Assembly: GCA_015231405.1 (NCBI GenBank)
Contig: JADGBR010000003.1
Coordinates: 29,549 to 93,548, forward strand
Length of the DNA stretch: 64,000 nucleotides
Direction of reading: 5' to 3'
DNA from: Candidatus Omnitrophota bacterium
Lineage (GTDB): Bacteria; Omnitrophota; Gorgyraeia; Tantalellales; Tantalellaceae
The first letter of the stretch is position 1, and the number at the start of each line of letters is the position of its first letter. The notes beneath the pieces were generated by a model that was given only the letters and a program-made list of their open reading frames with translations, was not told the origin of the DNA and made no database searches. The position numbers were made by a program, and so were the translations under genes. Below, one piece after another: positions 53,013-62,626 of the stretch.

Positions 53013-56000
53013 ATGAATAAGCATCTTGTTTGTTTGAAAGGTATGGTAATTATTTTTACGTTGTTGGTATCAGCTACATTAGGGGTAGCATTTGCTGAGA
53101 ACGATATTCTTCAGGATTTTAAGAGTAATCTTGAAACTATTCATGGCATGAAGATAGACTTGGATAAAATCGTGGTCAATCCGGATTTTCCGGGTGGGAT
53201 ATTGGTCAGTTATTCGGACGAGATGACCAATTGGGCGATAGACGCCGTTTATTTGGCTGACGGGAAACTGGGACAGGTGCGTTTCGGGTCGCTGAATTCC
53301 AAAATTGCCATCGAGGTTACACAGTCGACATGGGCGCTCGATACCTGGAACGAGACAGTTCAGGAAGGGGAGTTTTACAGGGGGGATCCAGGGAAAAACA
53401 CCGTTACATTCGGAGTAGACCCGCAATCCGGGGAAATACGATTTTATTATAGCGCGCAATTCGGGTACGCTCCGGAGAAAATAGCGTGGGCAAGCCCGCT
53501 ACGGCTGGATGACCTGAGAGAGTTATTGGGGAGATTTTATCAAGTCAACGATATGGCGGAAGAGCTGACAGTGAAGTTGCGACAGTATCAGGCAGAGTTG
53601 TTGACGCTTGCCCCGGTAGAAGATAAGCTTGATCGGGCAAGCGAGGAGTATACGGTAATGTATAACGCGTATATCCGCTATGACGGGTCCCTTAGAGTGC
53701 AGTTCCCTGTAACTGATATCCAGTTGGCTGCCGCATGGCATCTGCCTAAAACAAAACGGCAAGAACTTATAAACCGCATCAATGCCGCGCTTGTCAATGA
53801 TCCTATCGACATAGAGGAACTCAAATTGCTTCTTAACGAAAATGTCATGGGAATAGAGGAATCCGTGGATTCATTTAACGGTATCCGAGATATGTTCTTA
53901 TCCGGGATCGAAGAGGTGAGACTGGCGATAAGGGGTATGGACGAAGTCAACGATATGGCCGCTGGTTTCAAGAAGGAAATAGAAGCGCTTTACGGAAGAG
54001 ATATTGACGGGCAGGCGATAAATATTGTCGATATAACAGAAACCGCCGAGGGTATTGAAGCTATGATCACGGTAACGGAAGATGATCTTTCTCTGCGTTT
54101 TAAGGTGGTTGTTAAAGGCGGGTCAATAACAGAGATAACATCCGAAAACAGCCACGGTGTAAGTTTTATGGATATCTGCATGTTTATCAGGCAGAGCGTG
54201 GCTGAAGGTATGCTCATAGATACCAAAGAAGCACGTATAATCGGTATAGGGGTAACTCCTGCCGGTGATTATGAGTTCCTGATCGAGGCCGGTGATTTAG
54301 AAGTTAAATGCCTATACAACGACGCGCCGAATGACAAATATATCATAACCTCCGCGTTGAGCAGATCGACCGGCGTGGATTATCTCGCAAAAGGAACTGA
54401 ATACTTTAAGGAAGTGTTCAACGGTGTGAATGGTCTGGCGGTCAGAGCTCATATGTTCCCGGGATACCCACAGATGGCACTTTTGTTCCAAGGCCCCAAA
54501 GGCGAGTCTTCTATAGGGATATGGGTCATGCTGGACTCTAAGGGCGGCGCGTACTGCACGGACGACCGCGACGGGAGGACATTGCCGGATAAGGCCCTAT
54601 CCATAAGAAAAGAGGTGGCCGACGGGTTAAAGATCGATATCAACGAAGTGCAGATAAACGGCATGGATGTGATGGCGTCCGGGGAATACATATTTTATGT
54701 GGATATGGCCGACGGGGAATACTCCTTTACCTATATATGGTCCGCCGACGGGTCGGGGATAAGGCTTGAATCCGTGCGCAATAACATTAGCGGCTTACAT
54801 GCAAGTGTAATATACGAAAATATCCGGATGGTTAACGGCTATGATCATCTTATGCCCATGCGTATCATAGATTCTGAGAATGGCGGTATACTTGTCTATA
54901 TGAATTATTCGTTCATACCTGGAGATGACCCTGCCGGACCCAATCACATCGAGTTGACCGGGCTCTATTACCCCGGGGGGGCAACTTTGCGCATTCTCGG
55001 AGCGGTGGACCCGTTAAAACTGGCTACGGGCGGATATTGCATACCGGAGATGCTTTTAGCGCGAAATGCCGTTCGGGAGATGTTAAATATTGATCCATCC
55101 GGAATAGCTATAGGTGAAGTAGTCCAGGGCCCCGAGGATACTTACCGTATATCGGTGAAACCTGATGGTGCGGGTTTCCCGGAGAGTATTATTGTGACCG
55201 TTAAGGATGGGGCTATCGAAGATATAAATAACGATGAAAAATACGGCGTAAGTTTTCCCGAAAAATGCCTGTTCATCAGAGAGCAGGTAGCCGCGGGCCT
55301 ATCCATAGGTATAGATAAGGTGTCTATAAACGGCATAGGAATGACCGCGGCGGGAGATTATGAGCTCCTGGCCGACGCCAATGACCTGGAAGTGAAATGC
55401 CTATACAACGACGCGCCGAATGACAGATATATCATAACTTCCGCGTTGAGCAGATCGACCGGCGTGGATTATCTCGCGAAGGGGACTGATTACTTTAAGG
55501 AAGTGTTCAACGGTGTGAATGGGCTGGCGGTCAGAGCTCATATGTTCGCCGGAACTGATCAGATGGCACTTATATTCCAAGGCCCCAAAGGCGAGTCTCC
55601 TATCGGGATATGGGTAGTGCTAGACTCTAAGGGCGGCGCGTACTGCACGGACGACCGCGACGGGAGGACAATGCCGGATAAGGCCCTATCCATAAGAAAA
55701 GAGGTGGCCGACGGGCTGATGATGGATATCAAAGAGGTGTATATCAACGGTATGAACGTCAAGTACGGGGGAGATCATGAGTTTTTAGTGGATGCCGGCG
55801 AGTATTCGTTTGTTTATATTTGGCCGGGTGACGGGTCAGGAATAAGGATGGTAGAAGCGTTTAACAACCGTACCGGAAAAGACCTTCTGAGTAAGGCTGT
55901 TGAAGCGTTGAGCGACGTATTCAACCCGACAAGCTATGTGTTGTCGTACTGGGGAAGCGGAGAGGGTTGCATGGGCTTTGCGTTCAGGCTCCCTGACGGG

Positions 56001-59000
56001 CCTGGAGTGAAGCTGAACGTTAGCGTAGAGACCGGTGAGCTTATGCCCAATTTTAGCGAGATGGTAAATGTCGTAATGGCCGCGCGAAATGAAGTGGCAC
56101 AGTCCATGGGAGATGAAATAGCGGATGTTCACGTGGACGGAGCGGCTGAGGAGTATGACCATGAAGCCGGCGTATATGTCGTTACCAAACTCACAATAAC
56201 GGCAAAGGAATACGTCTTTACGTATGTTGACAAGAAAGACGGTCAAGGAATGAGGATAGAAGCGGTGTATAACAAGAATACCGGCCTGGAACTACTGGGT
56301 AAGGCTATTGAACAGCTGAAGAACTTAATGAACCCGACAAGTTATGAGCTTTCATATTGGGGCACGGGAGAGGGTTGCATGGGCTTCGCGTTCATGCTCC
56401 CTGACGGCCCCAAAGTGAAGTTGAATATAAACGCCGAGACCGGCGAGCTTATGCCTGACCTTGACAATATGGCCTCGGTGATCATGGGGGTAAGAGAGGA
56501 AGTCGCGAAGCTTGCGGAAATTGACATTTCTCTAACCCATGTCGACGGAGCGGTCGAGAACTATGATGATGTAACCCGTCTTTACGTTGTCAGCAATCTG
56601 ACCATAACAACGGATAAATATATTTTTACTTACGAGATCGCCCAAGACGGGTCCGGGATGAGACTGGTAGAACGCGTCGACCGGCCGGCCCCGTTGTCGC
56701 AGGTGAACGCCGGTAAAGAAGCTTTGGCGGCGCTCCTCCGCTCGCCGAACGGCGCCGAAGATATAGTTTTCATCGGCACGGACCCGGATAACGCCTTGAA
56801 GCTAAAATATCAGTATGCTCAAGTGACTGTTTATCTTAAGGTCATTCCGGAAGAAGGAACATATACTAAAAATATAAAGTACAGGGTAGATTTTCCCGCC
56901 GGCATGAGAGAATCGATAGAAGCCGCTTATGCCTCCGCGATAGTGCGCCTTGAGGACGTTACTTACTGGGGGATCACAGGCATGAACGGGGATCTCTCCG
57001 AAGATCTCTGGATACCGGGATATTCTGTCACGATCAACGCGGAAAAGGGAGCGATAGTATATAATTGCGGGATCCGGAACGATATGACCGTTGATCGGGA
57101 AGCGTCGAATTATGTCTTTACGAGGCCTGAAAACGCGGAGGATTCCGTGATATTAACTTTCAAGGGAGAGGAAATAATGGCATGGGGCAGGATCCGGCTA
57201 CTGCCATTAACTCTCTCGGATAAAGAAACCGGGAAGACACTGGTCTCATTCCGTCATGTATTTGACAATAGCGGCGCGGTGGCATGGACTATCGCCGAAT
57301 ACTACCAGGGCGAGAACGTAATACTTACGCGCAGCGAAAAAGGCGCGATCGATCCCGTGGACATAGGGAGATTAGGCGAGAATTGCGCCTACGCGCTCCT
57401 GGCCATAGAAAAAATGGCGTATAACACTCATCCAGACCTATCTTCATTCGAGCTATTGAACGTGAAGGAAGAAGGTGACAATGTCATTGTCTCTCTCAGA
57501 ATGTCTCTGGGCAGGGATAGCGTCTTCGGGACATTTTCGGTGAGTAAGATCAGCCTGGTAGTCACTCCGGCAGATAATTATCCGGACTTGAAATACGGCA
57601 TTGATTACGTATACGACGAAACCGGCAGGGTCACGATCACGAGGCTGACGACGCCTCAAGGCGAAGAACTTACCATAATAGGTAAGCTTGAACCTTTGGT
57701 CCTTGTCAGGGGAGAATACCCGGTCTCAAAAATCCTTGAAGCAAGGCGTGTTCTGGCCGAAGAGCTCAGCCAGAACGCGAGCTCGATAAATATCGGCGAA
57801 GTCTGGGAATTTGGCGGTAGAACCCTCGTGAGTCTTGTGCCGACCGCCATTAGTATCGGTTCAAATTTGATCGTCGGGGTAAAGGATACGCCTTCGGAGG
57901 ATACCGACGGGGACGGAAAGCTTGACGCCAGCGAAGACCTGGACGGCGACTGGAAGCTTGACGTGAACGAGGACCTTGACGGCGACGGGAATCTGGACAT
58001 AGACGAGCAGGCCCTCGCTGCAGCGGAGTTCTCGACATGGACGGTGAATGGGCGGTTCGACGTGGATAATGATGGCCGTATGGATATTAACGAGGACATT
58101 GACGGCGACGGGCATCTGGACTTATATGAAGATTTAGACGATGACGGCATCCTGGATATAGAAGAGGATGTTAACGGTGACGATGTTCTTAATGGTCCCG
58201 GGATAAAGGCCGAGATTTTGGATCCTTCTGTCCTGTCCAGGGCCATTAAAATCGCCAGGGAACGCGCGAAGAGCCTGAACATAGAATTGGGTAAGATCCA
58301 GAAAATTGAAACGATAGGGCAAGACGAGGTACATATATGTTATGACTCCGATCTCGGCGATGTCATTACCAATGTGCGCCTCGACGGTAACGGCCTGGCG
58401 ATCCTCGCGCGATTCGATCTAAGGCTGAATGGAATGAACCGGACAATATATTTCGAGGAGGTTAACGGAAAAATGCTGGCCCAGGGGATAGCGGACTCCT
58501 CGAGCAATAAAACGCTGGTGAAATTAAAGTATCAATACTTCTCGAATACCGGAGAGATCTACCTTACGGAATTGATCTTCAGGGACGGGAAAAGGCTTGT
58601 CTTCCATGGCGAGGTCGATCCCTTCGCCCTGGCCAGGGGCGAATATCCGCTGGATGCCATTAAGGTAGCGCTCAGAAAGGTCGCGGAAACCATCGGCCAT
58701 ACGGACGCGAGCACTATACAGATAAAGGCATGGAGCGATAATAACGGTGAATTTGACCTGGAACTGGTGACGACCGAGAACGCGGCCCATATGAATTTCG
58801 CGGTAAAAATCACGAAGAGCGATAACGGCGGGTATGAGGTAGTGTTCCCCGACAAAATGATAGAGGCCATAGACCGGACGCGCGGACTTTGCCTATGGCA
58901 GGTCCTTGATCCTGTAAGAGTGCATGACATAAGGATACGTGAGAGCGAGGCGTATGTCTGGTGGGAAACGAAGTATGGCGATAAGGATGTCAATCTGACG

Positions 59001-61934
59001 GTAACTTACGATATCGCTCATGATACCGGGCTTGTCGATCTCATCGCGAGTATAGACGCGAAAGGGTTATTAAACGCGTACGATTTCATGAATACGCTTC
59101 TTGCCGCGTACGGGCCTTTCGGGGCGGTACCCGGAACGAGGTTATACACGCTCATTAACACGATAAACCAGACCGACGCGTACGGGAATGAGCTGGGAGC
59201 TGAGGAGTATAAGGAAAAGCTGCTGGCAGCCGCCGGGGCGTTCGGAGACCGGGACCTTGTTGTCCGTGAGATGAGCGTCATTGTCACGGACGCGAAGCTT
59301 TTCAATTACAACGCCGTGATCACGTATGAACAGCATGAGTCTGGCAGGCTTGTCCCTGACAGGATAGAGGATGGCCATGGCAATGTTCTTGTCAGTTTCA
59401 GCTACGAGATGGTAGAGAAGTGGGATAAAGAAAACAACGCGTACGTGTGGGATATGATTACCACCGTGACATTCAATAACGCGAGCCCTTATGCCGATCC
59501 TTGTGACTCCGGGCCTATTACCGTGGCGGGAGTGCCGGAGGGTATTATGAACCTTGTGACCAATAAACTCACTGATACCTGGCTATTCTGGGTATTTGCC
59601 AGGAACGAGGTGGATGATCTGTATCAGTCATATTTCCTGAGGGAGCCGAACGTCGAGATGGTGTCCTACTGGGTGGACGCGGCGCGTGAACGCGGCCTAA
59701 CACGCCTCTTATCCGACCTTGGGACCGGCTTGGATAATATCAGATCGCTTGCGGGCGTAAGCGCTAGAGGCGAGGATATTGACGGTGACGGGAATCTTGA
59801 CATAGACGAGCAGGCCCTAGCTGCCGCGGAGTTCTCGACATGGACGGCGAACGGGCGGTTCGACGCGGATAATGACGGCAATATGGACAACAACGAGGAC
59901 ATTGACGGCGACGGGCATTTAGACGCCATGAATGAGGATATCGACGGAGACAGGAATTTCGATACGGGTGAGGATACTAACCATAACGGCGTTCTTGATC
60001 CGGGAGAGGATATCGACGGGGACGGAGTGCTTGACCTGTCCGAGGACCTGGACGGTGACGGGAATCTTGACATAGACGAGCAGGCCCTAGCAGCTTCGGT
60101 GTTCTCTACATGGACGGCTAACGGGAAATTCGATGTGGATAATGACGGCATAACGGACTCCAACGAGGACATTGACGCTGACGGGCATTTAGACGCCGTG
60201 AATGAGGATATCGACGGCGATCTCCATTTCGATTCCGGGGAATACGCTCAGCCAAATGCCGGATGGCCGTGTACGGACCGAGACGCGCTCATGATAGTGG
60301 CGCATTTCAGCGATATTATGGACAAAGGGGCAAGAGACCTCTCCGGGGACAATATCGTCGATAACTGCGACCTTACGATCTCAGGGCTCGTTTATGAGCT
60401 TGCTATCCACTACCGTGACTCTCTTAGCGCGGATATGCTCCGCATATTCGACGCCGACATGAACGGCGCGGTCGAGCGCACCGATGCGGACCTGGCCGCT
60501 CTTAAGATAGCTTACGGGGACGGAAGAACATTAGGTAAGATAAAGGAATTCGCGGACATTTTGGCGGAGGATCCTCTGGGCGGGCTGGATAAAGAGAGGG
60601 CGGGCGAGATATATGATCTGGCAATAAAATATTCATCGATCCTGGATGAAAGCGTCCTCGCCAAACTCGACCGTGACGGCGACCGGTGTATTACGGAAGC
60701 TGACAAAGAACGGTTTATTTCAGTTATAGACCGGGCCGTAGAAGAGATCGCTCTCGTCAGGGAGGGAACGTCCCGTATATCGGCAGATCAGCTGGACCTT
60801 AACGGTGACGGAGGCGTTGATATGTACGATTACAACAATGCGCAAATGGTCCGCAAATACGCCGAGGTATATTTTAATTATTTGGATGAGGAAACCGCGG
60901 CGCTATTGACGGCGAACCCGCTGAACGTTGTGCTTGAAAGGATCAAGATGGCGCTTGCCGGGATCAGGACGGTCGTCGATTATGTGAAAAAGATGACTGA
61001 CGTGCTGTCCGGTGTGAACGGGGACATAGCTTCCGTTGTCGGTGAGAACGGGTTCATTGATAAGTTATACGAACTCGCTATCCGGTACGAGGGTTATCTT
61101 CCGAGGGAATCATTCCAGGCCCTGAACCGCGACGGGAATACGGTCCTGGATATTACGGATAAAGAAGCCGTCATCGCCGAGATAAACTCGATGGCCGGCC
61201 AGCGCGACGCAAAAAAGTCTTTCGACGTGACGAGGGCCGATGGGACGAAGGAAACATATACAATGGCGACGGTCGGTGAGTCCACGAAAACCCTTATAAC
61301 GCAGAAGGTCAATACTGACGGGACATATGTCGTTTTTGAAACGTATCACAAGGGGACCGGCACCGATAACCTGAGCCTGAAATACAGTTCGGTCGATAAT
61401 AAATTACTGGCTCAGTATAAGAAATATTCTAACGGCAGGGTATCGGGAGCCCTTTACACCGACCCGGATGAGTTCGGGAACGTCTATTACCACTTCGCAA
61501 ACGAGGATTATTACTCTACCTCGGAAAAAGACGCGCCTTTTGTGGGCAGGATCGATATGATACAGAGGGCCTCCGCCGATGAGGCGGGCGCCATATCGTA
61601 CAAGATCTACTACAAAGGCGACAGCGGCGTGGCCAGATCGGTTTACGCTTATTCGAAATTGTCCTTCAGCGGAACTGTTTACATGTATGAATATGACGAA
61701 AATAACAAGCTCGTCAAAGTGAAAGATTTCCTGAACAATAAAGAGCTTGAGATCGGAGCGGCGGATATGGCGACATCTTCGGCACAACTCGATAAAAAGA
61801 AAGATATGGTCCAGCAGGTAATGGAGGATGAGATGAACGCCATGAAAACCGTCCAGAACATACTTGTCAAGAACAAGGCTTCGGAAAACCTGAAAGCCCA
61901 GCTGATGAACGTCAAAAGCAAGGAAGGGATATGA
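53013..61934 (+). CDS. Giant (2973 aa) secreted protein with duplicated modules, Asp-rich DxDGD calcium-binding repeats (thrombospondin-type-3-like) and dockerin-like EF-hand motifs.
   Basis: SD ggggggag lies upstream of the ATG at 53013. The signal peptide is MVIIFTLLVSATLGVAFA. The ORF runs to the TGA at 61932-61934. Motifs are given in the sub-features. Confidence 0.85.
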   Translation: MNKHLVCLKGMVIIFTLLVSATLGVAFAENDILQDFKSNLETIHGMKIDLDKIVVNPDFPGGILVSYSDEMTNWAIDAVYLADGKLGQVRFGSLNSKIAIEVTQSTWALDTWNETVQEGEFYRGDPGKNTVTFGVDPQSGEIRFYYSAQFGYAPEKIAWASPLRLDDLRELLGRFYQVNDMAEELTVKLRQYQAELLTLAPVEDKLDRASEEYTVMYNAYIRYDGSLRVQFPVTDIQLAAAWHLPKTKRQELINRINAALVNDPIDIEELKLLLNENVMGIEESVDSFNGIRDMFLSGIEEVRLAIRGMDEVNDMAAGFKKEIEALYGRDIDGQAINIVDITETAEGIEAMITVTEDDLSLRFKVVVKGGSITEITSENSHGVSFMDICMFIRQSVAEGMLIDTKEARIIGIGVTPAGDYEFLIEAGDLEVKCLYNDAPNDKYIITSALSRSTGVDYLAKGTEYFKEVFNGVNGLAVRAHMFPGYPQMALLFQGPKGESSIGIWVMLDSKGGAYCTDDRDGRTLPDKALSIRKEVADGLKIDINEVQINGMDVMASGEYIFYVDMADGEYSFTYIWSADGSGIRLESVRNNISGLHASVIYENIRMVNGYDHLMPMRIIDSENGGILVYMNYSFIPGDDPAGPNHIELTGLYYPGGATLRILGAVDPLKLATGGYCIPEMLLARNAVREMLNIDPSGIAIGEVVQGPEDTYRISVKPDGAGFPESIIVTVKDGAIEDINNDEKYGVSFPEKCLFIREQVAAGLSIGIDKVSINGIGMTAAGDYELLADANDLEVKCLYNDAPNDRYIITSALSRSTGVDYLAKGTDYFKEVFNGVNGLAVRAHMFAGTDQMALIFQGPKGESPIGIWVVLDSKGGAYCTDDRDGRTMPDKALSIRKEVADGLMMDIKEVYINGMNVKYGGDHEFLVDAGEYSFVYIWPGDGSGIRMVEAFNNRTGKDLLSKAVEALSDVFNPTSYVLSYWGSGEGCMGFAFRLPDGPGVKLNVSVETGELMPNFSEMVNVVMAARNEVAQSMGDEIADVHVDGAAEEYDHEAGVYVVTKLTITAKEYVFTYVDKKDGQGMRIEAVYNKNTGLELLGKAIEQLKNLMNPTSYELSYWGTGEGCMGFAFMLPDGPKVKLNINAETGELMPDLDNMASVIMGVREEVAKLAEIDISLTHVDGAVENYDDVTRLYVVSNLTITTDKYIFTYEIAQDGSGMRLVERVDRPAPLSQVNAGKEALAALLRSPNGAEDIVFIGTDPDNALKLKYQYAQVTVYLKVIPEEGTYTKNIKYRVDFPAGMRESIEAAYASAIVRLEDVTYWGITGMNGDLSEDLWIPGYSVTINAEKGAIVYNCGIRNDMTVDREASNYVFTRPENAEDSVILTFKGEEIMAWGRIRLLPLTLSDKETGKTLVSFRHVFDNSGAVAWTIAEYYQGENVILTRSEKGAIDPVDIGRLGENCAYALLAIEKMAYNTHPDLSSFELLNVKEEGDNVIVSLRMSLGRDSVFGTFSVSKISLVVTPADNYPDLKYGIDYVYDETGRVTITRLTTPQGEELTIIGKLEPLVLVRGEYPVSKILEARRVLAEELSQNASSINIGEVWEFGGRTLVSLVPTAISIGSNLIVGVKDTPSEDTDGDGKLDASEDLDGDWKLDVNEDLDGDGNLDIDEQALAAAEFSTWTVNGRFDVDNDGRMDINEDIDGDGHLDLYEDLDDDGILDIEEDVNGDDVLNGPGIKAEILDPSVLSRAIKIARERAKSLNIELGKIQKIETIGQDEVHICYDSDLGDVITNVRLDGNGLAILARFDLRLNGMNRTIYFEEVNGKMLAQGIADSSSNKTLVKLKYQYFSNTGEIYLTELIFRDGKRLVFHGEVDPFALARGEYPLDAIKVALRKVAETIGHTDASTIQIKAWSDNNGEFDLELVTTENAAHMNFAVKITKSDNGGYEVVFPDKMIEAIDRTRGLCLWQVLDPVRVHDIRIRESEAYVWWETKYGDKDVNLTVTYDIAHDTGLVDLIASIDAKGLLNAYDFMNTLLAAYGPFGAVPGTRLYTLINTINQTDAYGNELGAEEYKEKLLAAAGAFGDRDLVVREMSVIVTDAKLFNYNAVITYEQHESGRLVPDRIEDGHGNVLVSFSYEMVEKWDKENNAYVWDMITTVTFNNASPYADPCDSGPITVAGVPEGIMNLVTNKLTDTWLFWVFARNEVDDLYQSYFLREPNVEMVSYWVDAARERGLTRLLSDLGTGLDNIRSLAGVSARGEDIDGDGNLDIDEQALAAAEFSTWTANGRFDADNDGNMDNNEDIDGDGHLDAMNEDIDGDRNFDTGEDTNHNGVLDPGEDIDGDGVLDLSEDLDGDGNLDIDEQALAASVFSTWTANGKFDVDNDGITDSNEDIDADGHLDAVNEDIDGDLHFDSGEYAQPNAGWPCTDRDALMIVAHFSDIMDKGARDLSGDNIVDNCDLTISGLVYELAIHYRDSLSADMLRIFDADMNGAVERTDADLAALKIAYGDGRTLGKIKEFADILAEDPLGGLDKERAGEIYDLAIKYSSILDESVLAKLDRDGDRCITEADKERFISVIDRAVEEIALVREGTSRISADQLDLNGDGGVDMYDYNNAQMVRKYAEVYFNYLDEETAALLTANPLNVVLERIKMALAGIRTVVDYVKKMTDVLSGVNGDIASVVGENGFIDKLYELAIRYEGYLPRESFQALNRDGNTVLDITDKEAVIAEINSMAGQRDAKKSFDVTRADGTKETYTMATVGESTKTLITQKVNTDGTYVVFETYHKGTGTDNLSLKYSSVDNKLLAQYKKYSNGRVSGALYTDPDEFGNVYYHFANEDYYSTSEKDAPFVGRIDMIQRASADEAGAISYKIYYKGDSGVARSVYAYSKLSFSGTVYMYEYDENNKLVKVKDFLNNKELEIGAADMATSSAQLDKKKDMVQQVMEDEMNAMKTVQNILVKNKASENLKAQLMNVKSKEGI
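54150..54790 (+). repeat. Module copy A of a recent intragenic duplication.
   Basis: About 340 nt (54295-54630) are roughly 93% identical to 55384-55720. The encoded peptide is EVKCLYNDAPNDKYIITSALSRSTGVDYLAKG...CTDDRDGRTLPDKALSIRKEVADGL. Confidence 0.8.
55230..55860 (+). repeat. Module copy B of the same duplication.
   Basis: See copy A. The encoded peptide is EVKCLYNDAPNDRYIITSALSRSTGVDYLAKG...CTDDRDGRTMPDKALSIRKEVADGL. Confidence 0.8.
57895..58200 (+). repeat. Asp-rich calcium-binding repeat block 1 (DxDxDG, TSP3/EF-hand-like).
   Basis: The peptide is DTDGDGKLDASEDLDGDWKLDVNEDLDGDGNLDIDEQALAAAEFSTWTVNGRFDVDNDGRMDINEDIDGDGHLD. The 150-nt unit at 57975-58125 recurs at 59776-59925 and 60049-60200. 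Confidence 0.7.
59770..60240 (+). repeat. Asp-rich calcium-binding repeat block 2, holding two further copies of the 150-nt unit.
   Basis: The peptides EDIDGDGNLDIDEQALAAAEFSTWTANGRFDADNDGNMD... and DLDGDGNLDIDEQALAASVFSTWTANGKFDVDNDGITD... show high nucleotide identity between copies. Confidence 0.7.
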
Positions 61935-61940
61935 TCCGTC

Positions 61941-61982
61941 CGGAACGGTTATCCCCGGGGTTACCCGGGGATAACCGTTCCG
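61941..61982 (+). terminator. GC-rich hairpin immediately after the stop of the 2973-aa gene: a 19-bp stem (cggaacggttatccccggg / cccggggataaccgttccg) with a 4-nt loop.
   Basis: Read from the sequence. It lies 7 nt after the TGA at 61932-61934. No clear U-tract follows, so it could equally be a stabilising or processing stem. Confidence 0.5.
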
Positions 61983-62104
61983 CGACTCCCCGGACAAGAC
62001 CCCTAAATGGATAGTGCAACCATTTGGCTGATTTTGATCACGCTATCGGCGAGGTGTGGACATCCTCTTCAAGCCTTCCCCCGGGAATTTCTTAACGCCT
62101 TCCA

Positions 62105-62225
62105 CATGCCGTTTTTAGACCTTGCGCATTCACCCTCCTCCGCCCTGAACCACTCGCTTTGCTGCTCGGGTACAGGGCTTCGGAGGGTGAGACGCAAGAA
62201 AGGGGGTTGTCATAAAAACGGCATG
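62105..62225 (+). ncRNA. Candidate structured RNA element (or leader RNA) of unknown family.
   Basis: The nested helices are catgccgttttt (62105-62116) / aaaaacggcatg (62214-62225), then caccctcc (62131-62138) / ggagggtg (62182-62189), then gccctg (62142-62147) / cagggc (62173-62178). The element lies in a 640-nt stretch with no convincing ORF. Confidence 0.25.
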
Positions 62226-62626
62226 TTAAAGGCTAAAATTCCCCAAGGGGCCCCTTTGCTTAAAGAGGATATCCACACCTTGACCCGTCCCCGTCATGGA
62301 TCAGTCCATGAATTTTCAGGTTATTCAACGAGGGGTGAAGGCGTGAAGGAGATGGGGTTCTTCGTACGGCACTTTGCCGTCCTAACATCCAAAGTAGTCT
62401 TGTGCGTGGACCTTGCAAGCATTACTATGAAGACCACATACCGAACTAGAAGTTTGCAAAGTGCCGGTAGAAGGTTCCCATCTCCTTCCCGCCATCGCGA
62501 CGAGAAGCAAGGAACTCTTAGAAAGTCAGCATGCTTTTCACACTATCATCTAAATGTTATTTCCCGCCGCAGGTTTTTAAAGCATGCTATAATTATTACC
62601 GGAGAATGTTCAACCGGGAGATAAAA

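Noticed and set aside
62007-62624. 205-aa + strand ORF between the last giant gene and the deaminase.
   Set aside because: Its composition is dominated by Arg, Ser, Cys, His and Gly with no hydrophobic core pattern and no recognisable motif. Nested RNA-like helices occupy the region, so I treat it as non-coding (candidate RNA) rather than a gene.
62531-62626. Upstream in-frame extension of the cytosine deaminase (ORF-track start 62531, MLFTLSSKCYFPP...).
   Set aside because: The extension is not protein-like. The Fcy1-like alignment begins at MDRYMKDAIEEA (62627), which has a gggag SD 10 nt upstream.
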